A stretch of DNA of 64,000 bases from an uncultured Verrucomicrobiae bacterium (GTDB lineage Bacteria; Verrucomicrobiota; Verrucomicrobiia; Chthoniobacterales; UBA10450). Shown piece by piece: positions 51,585-61,715 of the stretch (positions within the stretch are counted from its first letter, which is position 1; every line of letters begins with the position of its first letter). The position numbers were made by a program, and so were the translations under genes. Under the pieces are notes generated by a model. The model had not been told where the DNA came from and searched no databases. It saw only the letters and a program-made list of their open reading frames with translations. The stretch spans positions 384,001 through 448,000 of the forward strand of contig CAVTMK010000003.1 of NCBI GenBank assembly GCA_963735805.1. The letters are read 5' to 3'.

Positions 51585-53222
51585 TTAAACCTGGATCACA
51601 CCAGTGTGGAAATGCACCTGTGGCATGGGCCGCGTGACGTATTGCAACAAACGAATCAGAACATCGCGGGTTTCGTGCGGCTGAATGATGGCGTCCACCC
51701 AACCGCGAGCGGCACCGTACCGAATGTCGGTTTGCTCCTCGTAATTTTGCTTCACTTTTATGCGAAGGTCTTCCAGTTCTTCGTGTGTCGCCTTTTTGTC
51801 TCCTCGTTCGCGGGCGCGAGCGAGAATCGAGAACACAGTGTCGGATGCCTGCGCTGCGCCCATCACGGCGTAGCGCGCAGTTGGCCATGCAACAATGAAT
51901 CGCGGATCGTACGCCTTGCCGCACATCGCGTAGTTTCCGGCGCCAAACGATCCGCCCACAACAACCGTGATCTTCGGCACGACGGAATTGCTAACCGCGT
52001 TCACCAGCTTCGCACCGCTGCGAATAATTCCGCTCTGTTCCGCATCGCGGCCCACCATGAACCCGGTAACATCCTGGAAAAAGATGATGGGTAAGCTTGT
52101 TTGATTGCAGTCCATGATAAAACGCGCTGCCTTGTCTGCACTGTCGGAATAAATAACCCCGCCCATTTGAATTCCCGCTTTTTTCGTCCTGACCTGTAAA
52201 CGCTGGTTAGCAACAATTCCTACCGGGCTGCCGTTAATGCGCGCGTACGCAGTCACGATGGTTTTGCCGTAGTCGGCCTTGTATTCGTTCAGAGAACCTT
52301 CGTCCACGACTGTCGCAACTAGGTCACGCGTGTCGTACTGCTTTTGTCCATCGAAGCTGATCAGATTGTAAACGCTGTCTGGGTCTTTTGCCGCTTTGAT
52401 TGTTTCCTTCGGTGTCCCCGATGTTTTAGGTTCTTTCGCTTCGGGCAGCAATCCAACGAGGGAACGGAGGCGTTTGAGACAGGACGGATCGTCCCCCTCA
52501 AAGAAGTCAACTGTGCCGCTAATTTCGGAGTGCATCTGCGCGCCGCCAAGTTCTTCTGCATCGACGACCTGGCCAATCGCTGCCTTGACCAGAGAAGGAC
52601 CCGCGAGATACAAGCCACTGCCCTTGGTCATCAAAATCTTATCGCAAAGGACGGGAAGGTAAGCTCCCCCAGCCACGCAGTTACCCATGATTGCAGCGAA
52701 CTGAGGAATGCCAGTTGCTGAAATAACAGAGTTATTGCGAAAGATGCGGCCGAAATCGTCTTCATCCGGAAAAATTTCGTCCTGCATTGGAAGGAACACA
52801 CCTGCCGAATCGACCAGATAAATAATAGGAAGCGAACACTCAAAGGCGATGCGCTGTGCGCGAATCACTTTTTTGGTTGTCTGCGGAAAGAAAGCTCCCG
52901 CCTTTACGGTTGCATCGTTAGCAACAATCATGCACGGAATACCCTCGACATTGCCTATGCCAGCGACGACACCGGCCGCCGGAATCCTGCCCCATTGTTC
53001 GTACATTTTGTAAGCTGCCCAAAGACCGATTTCGAAGAACGGCGAGCCCTTGTCGAGTAAGCGATCGATTCGTTCCCGCACAGGCAAACGATTCATCTTT
53101 CGCTGGCGTTCGTGACCAGCTTTGCCGCCTCCCTCACGCAGCACAGCCTGCTCTTTTGCAATCGCGTCGCAGTGAGCCCGTAGTATCTCACTAGTCGAAA
53201 ATGTTGATAATGACCGGGACAT
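51585..53222 (-). CDS. Acyl-CoA carboxylase beta subunit (methylcrotonyl-CoA carboxylase-like)
   Basis: ANDATVKAG, VDSAG, GNCVAGGAY, DVTGFMVG, GAGNYAMCG. Confidence 0.92.
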   Translation of the reverse strand: MSRSLSTFSTSEILRAHCDAIAKEQAVLREGGGKAGHERQRKMNRLPVRERIDRLLDKGSPFFEIGLWAAYKMYEQWGRIPAAGVVAGIGNVEGIPCMIVANDATVKAGAFFPQTTKKVIRAQRIAFECSLPIIYLVDSAGVFLPMQDEIFPDEDDFGRIFRNNSVISATGIPQFAAIMGNCVAGGAYLPVLCDKILMTKGSGLYLAGPSLVKAAIGQVVDAEELGGAQMHSEISGTVDFFEGDDPSCLKRLRSLVGLLPEAKEPKTSGTPKETIKAAKDPDSVYNLISFDGQKQYDTRDLVATVVDEGSLNEYKADYGKTIVTAYARINGSPVGIVANQRLQVRTKKAGIQMGGVIYSDSADKAARFIMDCNQTSLPIIFFQDVTGFMVGRDAEQSGIIRSGAKLVNAVSNSVVPKITVVVGGSFGAGNYAMCGKAYDPRFIVAWPTARYAVMGAAQASDTVFSILARARERGDKKATHEELEDLRIKVKQNYEEQTDIRYGAARGWVDAIIQPHETRDVLIRLLQYVTRPMPQVHFHTGVIQV

Positions 53223-53432
53223 GGTACGAAGCACGCTTAATCCGCGAAGGCGATCGAATCAAGTTGTACTCATGAATGTTGGAATAGAGGCAGCGCTTCC
53301 CAAGCGCCATTGAGGCAAAAACTGAGAGACTGCGGGATTACTCTAATCACGCAGATTGAAAGAAAGAGAGGACCATCCATTGAGAGCTTTTCGCTCTCGA
53401 CAAGTTAATCAGATTCTTGTGAAACTCGCATT

Positions 53433-54800
53433 ATGAAAACACCAGTCCCAACACTCCTCATCATATTTTCACTCGCCTCTTTTGTATTTCCACCAAAGGC
53501 GCACGCCGTCAATCCACCACCGGATGGAGGTTACGCCGGCGGCAACACGGCAGAAGGCCAGAACGCGCTTTTGAGTCTTACAACAGGCACATACAACACG
53601 GCCATTGGTTTGTATTCGCTACTGATCGATGACACTGGAAAGTTTAATACGGGGATCGGAGCGGGGACTCTCCTTCTCAATACCGCAGATGAAAATACGG
53701 CTACCGGCGCTGGAGCCCTTTTGAGCAACACGACTGGCGTAGACAACGCCGCGATTGGAACGTTCTCCCTTTTCAACAACACCACTGGCAGCTTCAACAC
53801 GGCCACGGGTTCACTCGCGCTCCTTGCCAACACTACCGGCACTGAGAATACTGCCAACGGAACATTCGCCCTGAATATCAATACGGATGGCAGCTTCAAT
53901 ACTGCGATCGGCGCGTTTGCTCTCGCTAACAATACCGGGAGCGAAAATACAGCCGTGGGAGTGAACACTCTCTTTGACAACACCGCCGGTGGAAACACCG
54001 CGGTTGGGGCGAATTCTCTCCGGCTCAATACGACCGGATTTCAAAACACAGCCGTGGGTGACGGTGCGCTCCAAAGCAATGCTGGCGGCAGCTTCAACAC
54101 CGCTATCGGAGACGCTGCGCTGACTCTAAACACCGGCGACGGCAACACAGCCTGCGGCAACGTGGCGCTTTTCAATAACACCGGCAGCAACAACACGGCC
54201 CTGGGCAACATCGCCGGCACGAACCTGACGACTGGAAGTAATAATATCGATATCGGCTACAACGTTGGTGGGGTAGCAGGCGAGAGCAACACCATCCGGA
54301 TCGGCGATTCGGATATTACCGCCACATTCATCACCGGAATAAGCGGAGCAACCTCCTCTGGTGGCGCCGCGGTCTTTGTAAATTCGAACGGTAAGCTCGG
54401 AACGAGCACCTCCTCGGCGCGATTTAAGCAAGACATAAGACCAATGGGCAAAGCGAGCGAAGCTATCCTGGCGCTCAACCCGGTGAGCTTTCGTTATAAG
54501 AAGGAAATCGATCCCCAAGGTATTCCGGAGTTTGGACTCATTGCGGAGGAAGTAGAAAAAGTTAACCCCGACCTGATCGTCCGCGATCGTGAGGGCAAAC
54601 CGCAGACTGTCCGTTACGAACAGATCAACTCGATGTTGCTGAATGAATTTCTGAAAGCACACCATAAAATGGAAGCGCAACAAAAGCAGATTGATACCCT
54701 GACTGCGCAGCTCAAAGACCAGGCCGCGCAAATCCAGAGAGTGAGCGCGCAAGTTGAGATGAGCAAGCCCGCTTCACGAGTAGTGATCGACGAACCGTAA
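53433..54800 (+). CDS. Secreted repeat (tail-fiber/adhesin-like) protein with peptidase S74 chaperone domain, paralog 1
   Basis: Signal peptide, VNPPPDGGYAGGNTAEG, NTA.G..AL..NTTG repeats, SSARFKQDI, GLIAEEV, coiled coil. Confidence 0.85.
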   Translation: MKTPVPTLLIIFSLASFVFPPKAHAVNPPPDGGYAGGNTAEGQNALLSLTTGTYNTAIGLYSLLIDDTGKFNTGIGAGTLLLNTADENTATGAGALLSNTTGVDNAAIGTFSLFNNTTGSFNTATGSLALLANTTGTENTANGTFALNINTDGSFNTAIGAFALANNTGSENTAVGVNTLFDNTAGGNTAVGANSLRLNTTGFQNTAVGDGALQSNAGGSFNTAIGDAALTLNTGDGNTACGNVALFNNTGSNNTALGNIAGTNLTTGSNNIDIGYNVGGVAGESNTIRIGDSDITATFITGISGATSSGGAAVFVNSNGKLGTSTSSARFKQDIRPMGKASEAILALNPVSFRYKKEIDPQGIPEFGLIAEEVEKVNPDLIVRDREGKPQTVRYEQINSMLLNEFLKAHHKMEAQQKQIDTLTAQLKDQAAQIQRVSAQVEMSKPASRVVIDEP

Positions 54801-54863
54801 CTTCAAAAAGACGGCGATTAGAAGAAATCAAAGGCGAATAGTTTGCAAGATGGAGATCAGACC

Positions 54864-55988
54864 ATGAAGAATCGAAACATGATGCACAGACTGCCAATAC
54901 TAGCGTTGGCACTTGGCCTCTTTGCTCTTTGCTCAACGGCGCGAGCAGTGAGTCCACCGCCGGACGGAGGATATGCAGGAGGCAATACCGCAGAGGGACA
55001 ATCCGCTCTCCTAAGCCTGACTACCGGCATATACAACACGGGAATCGGGATATATTCTCTTCTGAGTGTTTCCGACGGCGACGCCAACACCGCTGTCGGC
55101 GCAGGGACGCTCTTTGCCAATACCGGAGGCGAGAACACAGCAGTTGGTGCCGGAGCACTTTTTAGCAACACCACTACTGGCGGCAATACCGCCGAAGGAG
55201 CATTCGCTCTTTTCAGTAGTACCGGCTTGTCCAACACGGCTGTGGGCGATAGGGCGCTCCTTCTAAACACTAGCGGTGGCTTTAACACCGCTGTTGGCCA
55301 AGCCGCAATGTTGAACAACACCACGGGTAGCAGCAACATCGCTATCGGTGTTCAGGCGCTCGGTAATAATGACACAGGCAGCAGCAATATCGCCATTGGC
55401 AACGTAGCCGGCACCGGCGTTAACACAGCTACTAATGTCATTTGTATCGGCCAGGTAAGTGGTGCGGACGTCGACAGCCGCACCTATATTGCTAATATTG
55501 CCGGTACCACGGTCAGCGGCGCCGGAACCGACTCTGTAACCGTAGACCTAACCACGGGATTGCTCGGTCATCTCAGTTCCTCGCGCCGTTACAAGGAAAG
55601 GATCCAGCCGATGAATAACGCCAGTGAAGCACTCTACCGGCTCAAACCGGTCACCTACTGCTTCAAGAAGGAGATCGACGCTAGTCAGAGCCTCGACTAC
55701 GGCCTGATCGCCGAGGATGTGGCCAAGGTCGATCCTAATCTGGCAATTCGCGATGCGAAAGGTCAAATCGAGAGCGTACGCTACACTGCAATCAACGTAA
55801 TGTTGCTGAACGAGTTTCTCAAAGCCCACCGTAAATCGGAGGAGCAAGAAGCTAAGATTACACAGCTGACGGAGGATATAGAAAAGCTCGTTGCGCACGT
55901 CAAGCAACAGGATTCACAGATCCAAACCATGAGCGTCGAGATCGAGACGAGTAAGGCCGCGCAGCAAATAGTCGTTAACAACCCCTAA
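54864..55988 (+). CDS. Secreted repeat protein with S74 domain, paralog 2
   Basis: Same architecture; SSRRYKERI, GLIAEDV; GGAG SD upstream. Confidence 0.85.
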   Translation: MKNRNMMHRLPILALALGLFALCSTARAVSPPPDGGYAGGNTAEGQSALLSLTTGIYNTGIGIYSLLSVSDGDANTAVGAGTLFANTGGENTAVGAGALFSNTTTGGNTAEGAFALFSSTGLSNTAVGDRALLLNTSGGFNTAVGQAAMLNNTTGSSNIAIGVQALGNNDTGSSNIAIGNVAGTGVNTATNVICIGQVSGADVDSRTYIANIAGTTVSGAGTDSVTVDLTTGLLGHLSSSRRYKERIQPMNNASEALYRLKPVTYCFKKEIDASQSLDYGLIAEDVAKVDPNLAIRDAKGQIESVRYTAINVMLLNEFLKAHRKSEEQEAKITQLTEDIEKLVAHVKQQDSQIQTMSVEIETSKAAQQIVVNNP

Positions 55989-56100
55989 GAGGGCACGGTT
56001 TGCGCCCGGGGTTCACGCCCGCGACGCGCGCGTTACGGGTCGGCGATTGCGCGCGATTTTTCTCGTCAAGCCGGCCGAAGCCACTCCAGACTCGGCGTTT

Positions 56101-57483
56101 ATGAGAACGTCAAAAAGATTCCCTGCGCTCTTCACTTCCATCATACTGGCCTGCATTGTGCTTCCGCAGATCGCGCGAGCGGTAGTACCGCCACCGGACG
56201 GCGGGTACCCCGGAGGCAACACGGCAGAGGGTACCAGCGCCCTTCTCAGTCGCGACGGTGGTAATTACAACACAGCAGTTGGCTTGTACTCACTCCTGAG
56301 CCTTACTGACAGCAACTTCAACACCGGTGTTGGAGCGGGCACGCTCCTTGCCAACACTGCAGACGAAAATACGGCCACTGGTGCAGGAGCGCTTTTGACC
56401 AATACGACCGGAATCGGCAATACAGCTAATGGAGCGTTTGCTCTCTTTAGCAACATCGGAGGTACGGCGAGCTTGGACAGGCCAGGTGGAATCTCCTCTG
56501 GCAGCTTCAACACGGCCAACGGTGATCGTGCTCTCTTTAGCAACATCATCGGCGCCGGAAACACTGCCAACGGAGCGTCCGCACTCTTTAGCAACATCGA
56601 AGGCGGCCAGAACACCGCCACCGGTTACAATGCACTCTTTAACAACACCGCGGCCTTTGAAAACACTGCTAACGGTTTTGAAGCGCTTTTTAACAACACC
56701 ACTGGCGGCGCGAATACTGCCAGCGGAAAGTTTGCGCTGCATAGCAACACCATCGGCAACCAAAACACAGCCGACGGCATTGCTGCGCTCAATTCCAACA
56801 CCGAAGGCATTTCCAACACGGCGATCGGTGGTTTTGCGCTGGTAGCCAATACCGGAGACAGCAATACCGCCGTTGGGTCTGGAGCGCTTTTTGATAATAC
56901 CAGTGGAGCTTTCAACGTCGCGCTGGGCGCGTCCGCCGGCGCCAATGCAACAACTGGATCCAATAACGTTTATATTGGAACGGGGGTGCGCGGCGTTGCG
57001 GACGAGAGCAACGCCTGCTACATCGCGAGCATCTTTGGCCAAACATCCGTCAGCGGAGTTCCAGTTCTCATTAACTCCTTCCATAAACTGGGTACGATCA
57101 CTTCCTCGAAACGCTTTAAGGAAGATATCAAGCCGATGGGTAAATCCAGCGAAGCGCTTTTAGCGCTCCAACCGGTTACATTCCGTTACATGAAGGAGAT
57201 TGATCCAGCCGGCACATCACAGTTGGGCCTTGTGGCCGAAGACGTGGAAAAGGTGAATCCCGACCTGGTTGTGCGCGACAAAGAAGGAAAGCCTTACAGC
57301 GTGCGTTACGACCAGGTGAACGCGATGCTGCTCAACGAGTTTCTCAAAGAACATCGCAAAGTGCAGGACCTCGAGAAGGAAGTGACGGCTCTCACTCTAG
57401 CGCTGAAAGCACAAGCTGCACAGATCCAGACGGTGATTAGACAACTTCACAGCACGCCGACTACTAATATAGTGAGTAACTAA
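56101..57483 (+). CDS. Secreted repeat protein with S74 domain, paralog 3
   Basis: Same architecture; SSKRFKEDI, GLVAEDV. Confidence 0.85.
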   Translation: MRTSKRFPALFTSIILACIVLPQIARAVVPPPDGGYPGGNTAEGTSALLSRDGGNYNTAVGLYSLLSLTDSNFNTGVGAGTLLANTADENTATGAGALLTNTTGIGNTANGAFALFSNIGGTASLDRPGGISSGSFNTANGDRALFSNIIGAGNTANGASALFSNIEGGQNTATGYNALFNNTAAFENTANGFEALFNNTTGGANTASGKFALHSNTIGNQNTADGIAALNSNTEGISNTAIGGFALVANTGDSNTAVGSGALFDNTSGAFNVALGASAGANATTGSNNVYIGTGVRGVADESNACYIASIFGQTSVSGVPVLINSFHKLGTITSSKRFKEDIKPMGKSSEALLALQPVTFRYMKEIDPAGTSQLGLVAEDVEKVNPDLVVRDKEGKPYSVRYDQVNAMLLNEFLKEHRKVQDLEKEVTALTLALKAQAAQIQTVIRQLHSTPTTNIVSN

Positions 57484-57692
57484 CTGCTGCATTTTAGTTT
57501 GCCCCCGGAGAATAACCAAATTCAAGATACACGGGGCAATCTTCGCATTTGATCAACCGAGCTTTAATCGTCACTCGCCTGTCATCCCGTAAGTCGCCGC
57601 AGCGGCCAAACGCGAATCATTCGAATTTCTTCATTGAAGCGTAGGCATTTTGACGTCGACAACACCTCCAAATTCTGGCCAGACTCAATGCT

Positions 57693-59180
57693 ATGAAGAC
57701 GCGAATTCTACTATTCCTCGTGATATTTTCACTCACCTGCTTCGCCCCTTTGCCAAAATCGCAAGCGGTCAGTCCACCACCTGATGGTGGCTACGCCGGA
57801 GGCAACACCGCGGAGGGACAAAGCTCCCTTTTAAGTCTCACCACAGGCATATATAATACCGGCGTCGGTCTGTATTCGCTTCTGAGCCTCACGAACGGGA
57901 AGTTCAACACGGGTGTCGGCGCTGGAACACTCCTTGTCAACGCCGCAGACGAAAACACTGCCACAGGTGCTGGCGCACTTTTAAGCAACACCACCGGCAC
58001 TGACAACACGGGCAATGGTGCGTTCGTCCTTTTCAACAATACCGATGGCTCCCAAAACACGGCCAATGGAGCATTCGCGCTTTTTAACAACACGGACGGC
58101 AACTTCAACACGGCCATGGGGGAGAGCGCCCTCTTGAACAACGCCACCGGCGAGCACAACACGGCCACTGGCGTTAATGCCCTGCTGAGCAACACCGACG
58201 GCGGCAACAATACCGCCACTGGTGATAGCGCCCTCCTGAGCAACACCATCGGCGCCAATAACACGGGAACTGGAGTTGGAGCGCTTTCTAGCAATGTCTT
58301 CGGTGAAGCGAACACAGCCACCGGAGCCTTCGCCCTCTCTAACAACACCCAAGCGAACAATACCGCCAATGGAGCATTTGCCCTTTTCAGCAACACCACC
58401 GGCAGCGTCAACACAGCGAGTGGTTTCCAGGCGCTCGAGAATAACACTACCGCAGACTTTAACACAGCGCTTGGCTCTACTGCGTTGCTTGGCAACACCA
58501 CCGGCGCCGAGAACACCGCGACTGGTTTTGCTGCGCTCCTGGCCAACACGACGGGAGAAGGCAACACGGCCTGCGGCGTTAATGCGCTCCAGAGCAACAC
58601 CACGGGCAGCAGCAATGTCGCCTTGGGTCTTTTCGCGGGGAGTGGTGTCACCACCGCCAGTAACGTTATTTGTATCGGCACCGGTGGGGACAATGTGAGC
58701 AACAGCTGTTATATCGGCCGGGTCTTCGGCGTCACCTCTTCTGCAGGAACTGCCGTGTTCATTAATTCAGACGGTAAACTTGGCACGACCACTTCCTCGA
58801 AACGCTTTAAGGAAGAGATTAAGCCAATGGGTAAATCCAGCGAAGCGCTTCTAGCGCTCGAACCGGTTACGTTCCGGTACAGGAAGGAGATTGATCCAGC
58901 CGGCACACCACAGTTGGGCCTTGTGGCCGAGGAGGTGGAAAAGGTAAATCCCGACCTGGTGGTGCGCGACAAAGATGGAAAGCCTTACAGTGTGCGTTAC
59001 GATCAGGTCAACGCGATGTTGCTCAACGAATTTCTGAAAGAACATCGCAGGGTTCAGCAACAACAAAACGAAATCGACTCTCTCAAGACGGAGCTAAGAC
59101 AGCAACGGGATCTGATTCAAAAAGTAAGCGACAGGGTGGAAATGAGAGAACGAGGGGAATTATTCACAAAGAATCCCTAA
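57693..59180 (+). CDS. Secreted repeat protein with S74 domain, paralog 4
   Basis: Same architecture; SSKRFKEEI, GLVAEEV. Confidence 0.85.
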   Translation: MKTRILLFLVIFSLTCFAPLPKSQAVSPPPDGGYAGGNTAEGQSSLLSLTTGIYNTGVGLYSLLSLTNGKFNTGVGAGTLLVNAADENTATGAGALLSNTTGTDNTGNGAFVLFNNTDGSQNTANGAFALFNNTDGNFNTAMGESALLNNATGEHNTATGVNALLSNTDGGNNTATGDSALLSNTIGANNTGTGVGALSSNVFGEANTATGAFALSNNTQANNTANGAFALFSNTTGSVNTASGFQALENNTTADFNTALGSTALLGNTTGAENTATGFAALLANTTGEGNTACGVNALQSNTTGSSNVALGLFAGSGVTTASNVICIGTGGDNVSNSCYIGRVFGVTSSAGTAVFINSDGKLGTTTSSKRFKEEIKPMGKSSEALLALEPVTFRYRKEIDPAGTPQLGLVAEEVEKVNPDLVVRDKDGKPYSVRYDQVNAMLLNEFLKEHRRVQQQQNEIDSLKTELRQQRDLIQKVSDRVEMRERGELFTKNP

Positions 59181-59302
59181 CCAGGCGAGCCTGCGCCTTA
59201 CTTCCCGCAGCGGGGGGCTCCTGTGGCGTCAGAGGAACAGTACAAAAGCAAAACAACGCAACAGCGTGCACGACGGAGGCACAAGGTCCAAGTTACCTCA
59301 GT

Positions 59303-60307
59303 TCAGCCCACTTTTTCTTCGGTGCCTTCGGTAGCACCTTCGACCGTTTTGTTCTTGAGCATGTCCTCGAACGGTCTGTAGAAATTTGCGTAGAATGGAT
59401 ACGGCCTGTCGGCGTTTGCAGGAAGGTAGCGCCAATGTTTATACATCCAGAGCCAGGGCGCCGGGTTTTTTCGCACATAAGGTTCGAACGAATTCCAACA
59501 TGCCTGGGCGATCTCCTGATGGGACATACCATCAGTGGAGTTGATCTTGGGATGGAACACCAGCCTGTAACGCCCATTGGGTAGCGGCTCGCAATGTGCG
59601 GGAATGATCGGGACACCGGTGCGTTCGCTCAACCAGGCATGCGCGGAAGTCACGCTGGTCTTTAATCCAAAACAATCAATTACCACCGCGCCCTGGCTAG
59701 GTGGAACGGTGAGATCGACCAGCAGGGCAGTGCGCCCTTTTCGTCGCAGCGCCTTGTAAAGCCGGACGATCCCGCGCTCCCGCGGAACAAGCTCATGCCC
59801 GGATTGCTCACGCAAATTTTTGAAAATTGGATCGAGCGATGAGTTCTTAAATTCCTGCGAGATGATTGTGCCTTTGAGATCCAGGAAACCACAGGCCAGA
59901 CTAAGCCACTCAAAGTTACCGTAGTGATAGCACGCGATGATCATGCTCCGTTCCGCGCCGGTGTCACGCGTGGTTTCTTCGAAGTTCTGCAATTCGATAT
60001 ACCAAAGGAAGTTCAGTGGCGTCAGGCGCGGGCTCCATAGCAAGTCGACCATGGTCCGCGCGAAATGTTGAAACGACTGCCGGGCAATCTCGCGTCGCTT
60101 ACGGGCAGATAATTGATCGCCAAACGCTACCTCCAGATTGCTCAGGGCAACATGATATCGCTGCTGATCTAGAAAGCTAAGCAAGTTGCCAGCCGCCTGG
60201 GCGAGGCGGTAGCAGACCTTTCGCGAGCATAACGGAATCAATTTTGCTGCCAGGGAAAGACCGGCCCACTCAAGGCGGTACCTGAATCGTTTCCAGCGCG
60301 AACGCAT
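59303..60307 (-). CDS. Lipid A/lysophospholipid acyltransferase (LpxL family)
   Basis: HYGNFE, LLVD, W.W.YKHWR motifs. Confidence 0.88.
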   Translation of the reverse strand: MRSRWKRFRYRLEWAGLSLAAKLIPLCSRKVCYRLAQAAGNLLSFLDQQRYHVALSNLEVAFGDQLSARKRREIARQSFQHFARTMVDLLWSPRLTPLNFLWYIELQNFEETTRDTGAERSMIIACYHYGNFEWLSLACGFLDLKGTIISQEFKNSSLDPIFKNLREQSGHELVPRERGIVRLYKALRRKGRTALLVDLTVPPSQGAVVIDCFGLKTSVTSAHAWLSERTGVPIIPAHCEPLPNGRYRLVFHPKINSTDGMSHQEIAQACWNSFEPYVRKNPAPWLWMYKHWRYLPANADRPYPFYANFYRPFEDMLKNKTVEGATEGTEEKVG

Positions 60308-60317
60308 TCATCATTTT

Positions 60318-60348
60318 GAATGACGAACGTCGAATGTCTAATGACGAA
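60318..60348 (+). repeat. Degenerate intergenic heptamer repeat (GAATGAC-like)
   Basis: gaatgac gaacgtc gaatgtc taatgac gaa; related runs at 51554-51584 and 61568-61642. Confidence 0.55.
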
Positions 60349-60406
60349 GGAACCCTGAATATCGATTACGAGCACGAACCCAAGTAAGAGATTGCAGAGC
60401 GACCTC

Positions 60407-60586
60407 TTACCAACCCTGGCCGGGATTAGCTACTGGAGGAAGGCCCTTCCGAAAATCCGCCTGTTGGCGCTGGGCATCACGCTCCTGGTCCGCCTCGCGT
60501 GCCTTCTGCTCGGGGCTCGGCCCTTCACTACAGCCTAAGAGTACAAAGGCTGACGCAAATAGAACAAGAAATGAGATCTGTTTCAT
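60407..60586 (-). CDS. Small lipoprotein (59 aa) absent from the ORF track
   Basis: Manual translation MKQISFLVLFASAFVLLGCSEGPSPEQKAREADQERDAQRQQADFRKGLPPVANPGQGW*; LLGC lipobox. Confidence 0.65.
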   Translation of the reverse strand: MKQISFLVLFASAFVLLGCSEGPSPEQKAREADQERDAQRQQADFRKGLPPVANPGQGW

Positions 60587-60691
60587 AGGGAGGTCTGAAT
60601 CATAGCCACACTGTTGAATGCAGCAAGATTCCAGGAGCGGTTCGGGAATTGTTACATCGGATTCGCGATTCGACGTGGCGAAAGCCTTTCG

Positions 60692-61516
60692 TTATTCGCC
60701 TCGCCTTTCCGACGTCAGCTTCAGGCAGTCGCGCTCGAGCGTCTTGAGGTGTTCGATTATTTCATTTAACGCGAGTTCGTTCCTGAGATTGACCTGGTAA
60801 TCAATCTCGGCACGAAGCCGGTCCTTGTGAGACTGCCGATTTTGCGCCATCAGGATGATTGGCGCCTGCAGCACAGCGAGCATGTTAATCGAAGTACTGA
60901 GAAGCAGGTAGGGATACGGATCAAAGCCGCTGTTGGCGAGCAGCCATGTGTTTATCACTACCCACGCGTTGAAAAAGAGCACCGCAGCAATGATGAATTT
61001 CCAGCTGCCACCAAACTCTGCGATAATGTCGGCAGCGCGATCTGCGAACGTACGCTGGGCCGCTTCTTCCACATTGACATTGCGCGTAGCGCTGCGACGC
61101 AAAAGGTCGTCGGTGTGCCGCAACCGGTTGGCCAGAGCGCTGAGCATTTCCAGCGCGATGTCGGCGCTGCTCCGCAGGAAAGAAAGAAAATGTTCCCGCG
61201 AAAGCACACCGAGCCGCGCATCCTCCGCAACTATCGCGTCGGCTGAACGTGGTTGTCCGTCGAGCAATGCCATTTCACCAAAGAAATCGCCGCGACCCAA
61301 TTCCGTTAGCGTCATCTCATGTCCGTCCGCGGTCTGCACGCAAATGCGGACTTTGCCCCGCTCGATCAAATACATTGCTTCTCCCTCGTCACCGGCACGG
61401 AACAGAAACGTTTTTTCCTTGCGGTCGATGGTCTCCATCAATTGGCATAATTTTCTCGCCGCCTCGTCATCGAGCGATTCGAACAACGGAACGTGGCGCA
61501 ATGTATCGATCGTCAT
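60692..61516 (-). CDS. cNMP-binding domain + DUF1003 membrane protein
   Basis: GDFFGEMALLDGQPRSA; FGGSW.F, FDPYPY, QAPIILMAQNRQ. Confidence 0.9.
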   Translation of the reverse strand: MTIDTLRHVPLFESLDDEAARKLCQLMETIDRKEKTFLFRAGDEGEAMYLIERGKVRICVQTADGHEMTLTELGRGDFFGEMALLDGQPRSADAIVAEDARLGVLSREHFLSFLRSSADIALEMLSALANRLRHTDDLLRRSATRNVNVEEAAQRTFADRAADIIAEFGGSWKFIIAAVLFFNAWVVINTWLLANSGFDPYPYLLLSTSINMLAVLQAPIILMAQNRQSHKDRLRAEIDYQVNLRNELALNEIIEHLKTLERDCLKLTSERRGE

Positions 61517-61715
61517 CCGTCGTTAAATAATAGCGGCAAACCAAGCCTGCGAGAAGCGTCAAATGATAAGAATGACGAAATCCCAACGACAAAACCCAAT
61601 GTGCGCTTTCGCTCGTTAGTCATTTGTCAGTCGTCATTTCTTTTGGGTGGCTTCGGATCCAAAATTTTACTATTGCTGAGTTGATTTCCAAATCGCAAAA
61701 GTTAGAAGGAGAAAC

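Noticed and set aside
50781..53222. Carboxylase beta subunit and hydratase without the biotin carboxylase subunit
   Set aside because: Split leucine-degradation genes are ordinary; the partner is probably elsewhere in the genome
53531..58702. Long antisense ORFs (e.g. 57791-58702, 56290-57084, 53531-54028) in the S74 genes
   Set aside because: Shadows of the Asn/Thr/Gly/Ala repeat codons; the sense strand has signal peptides and a coherent domain
60692..60710. C-terminal RRGE of the cNMP/DUF1003 protein resembles a Pup/UBact tail
   Set aside because: It is a folded membrane protein far from pafA; a 2-4 residue match is expected by chance
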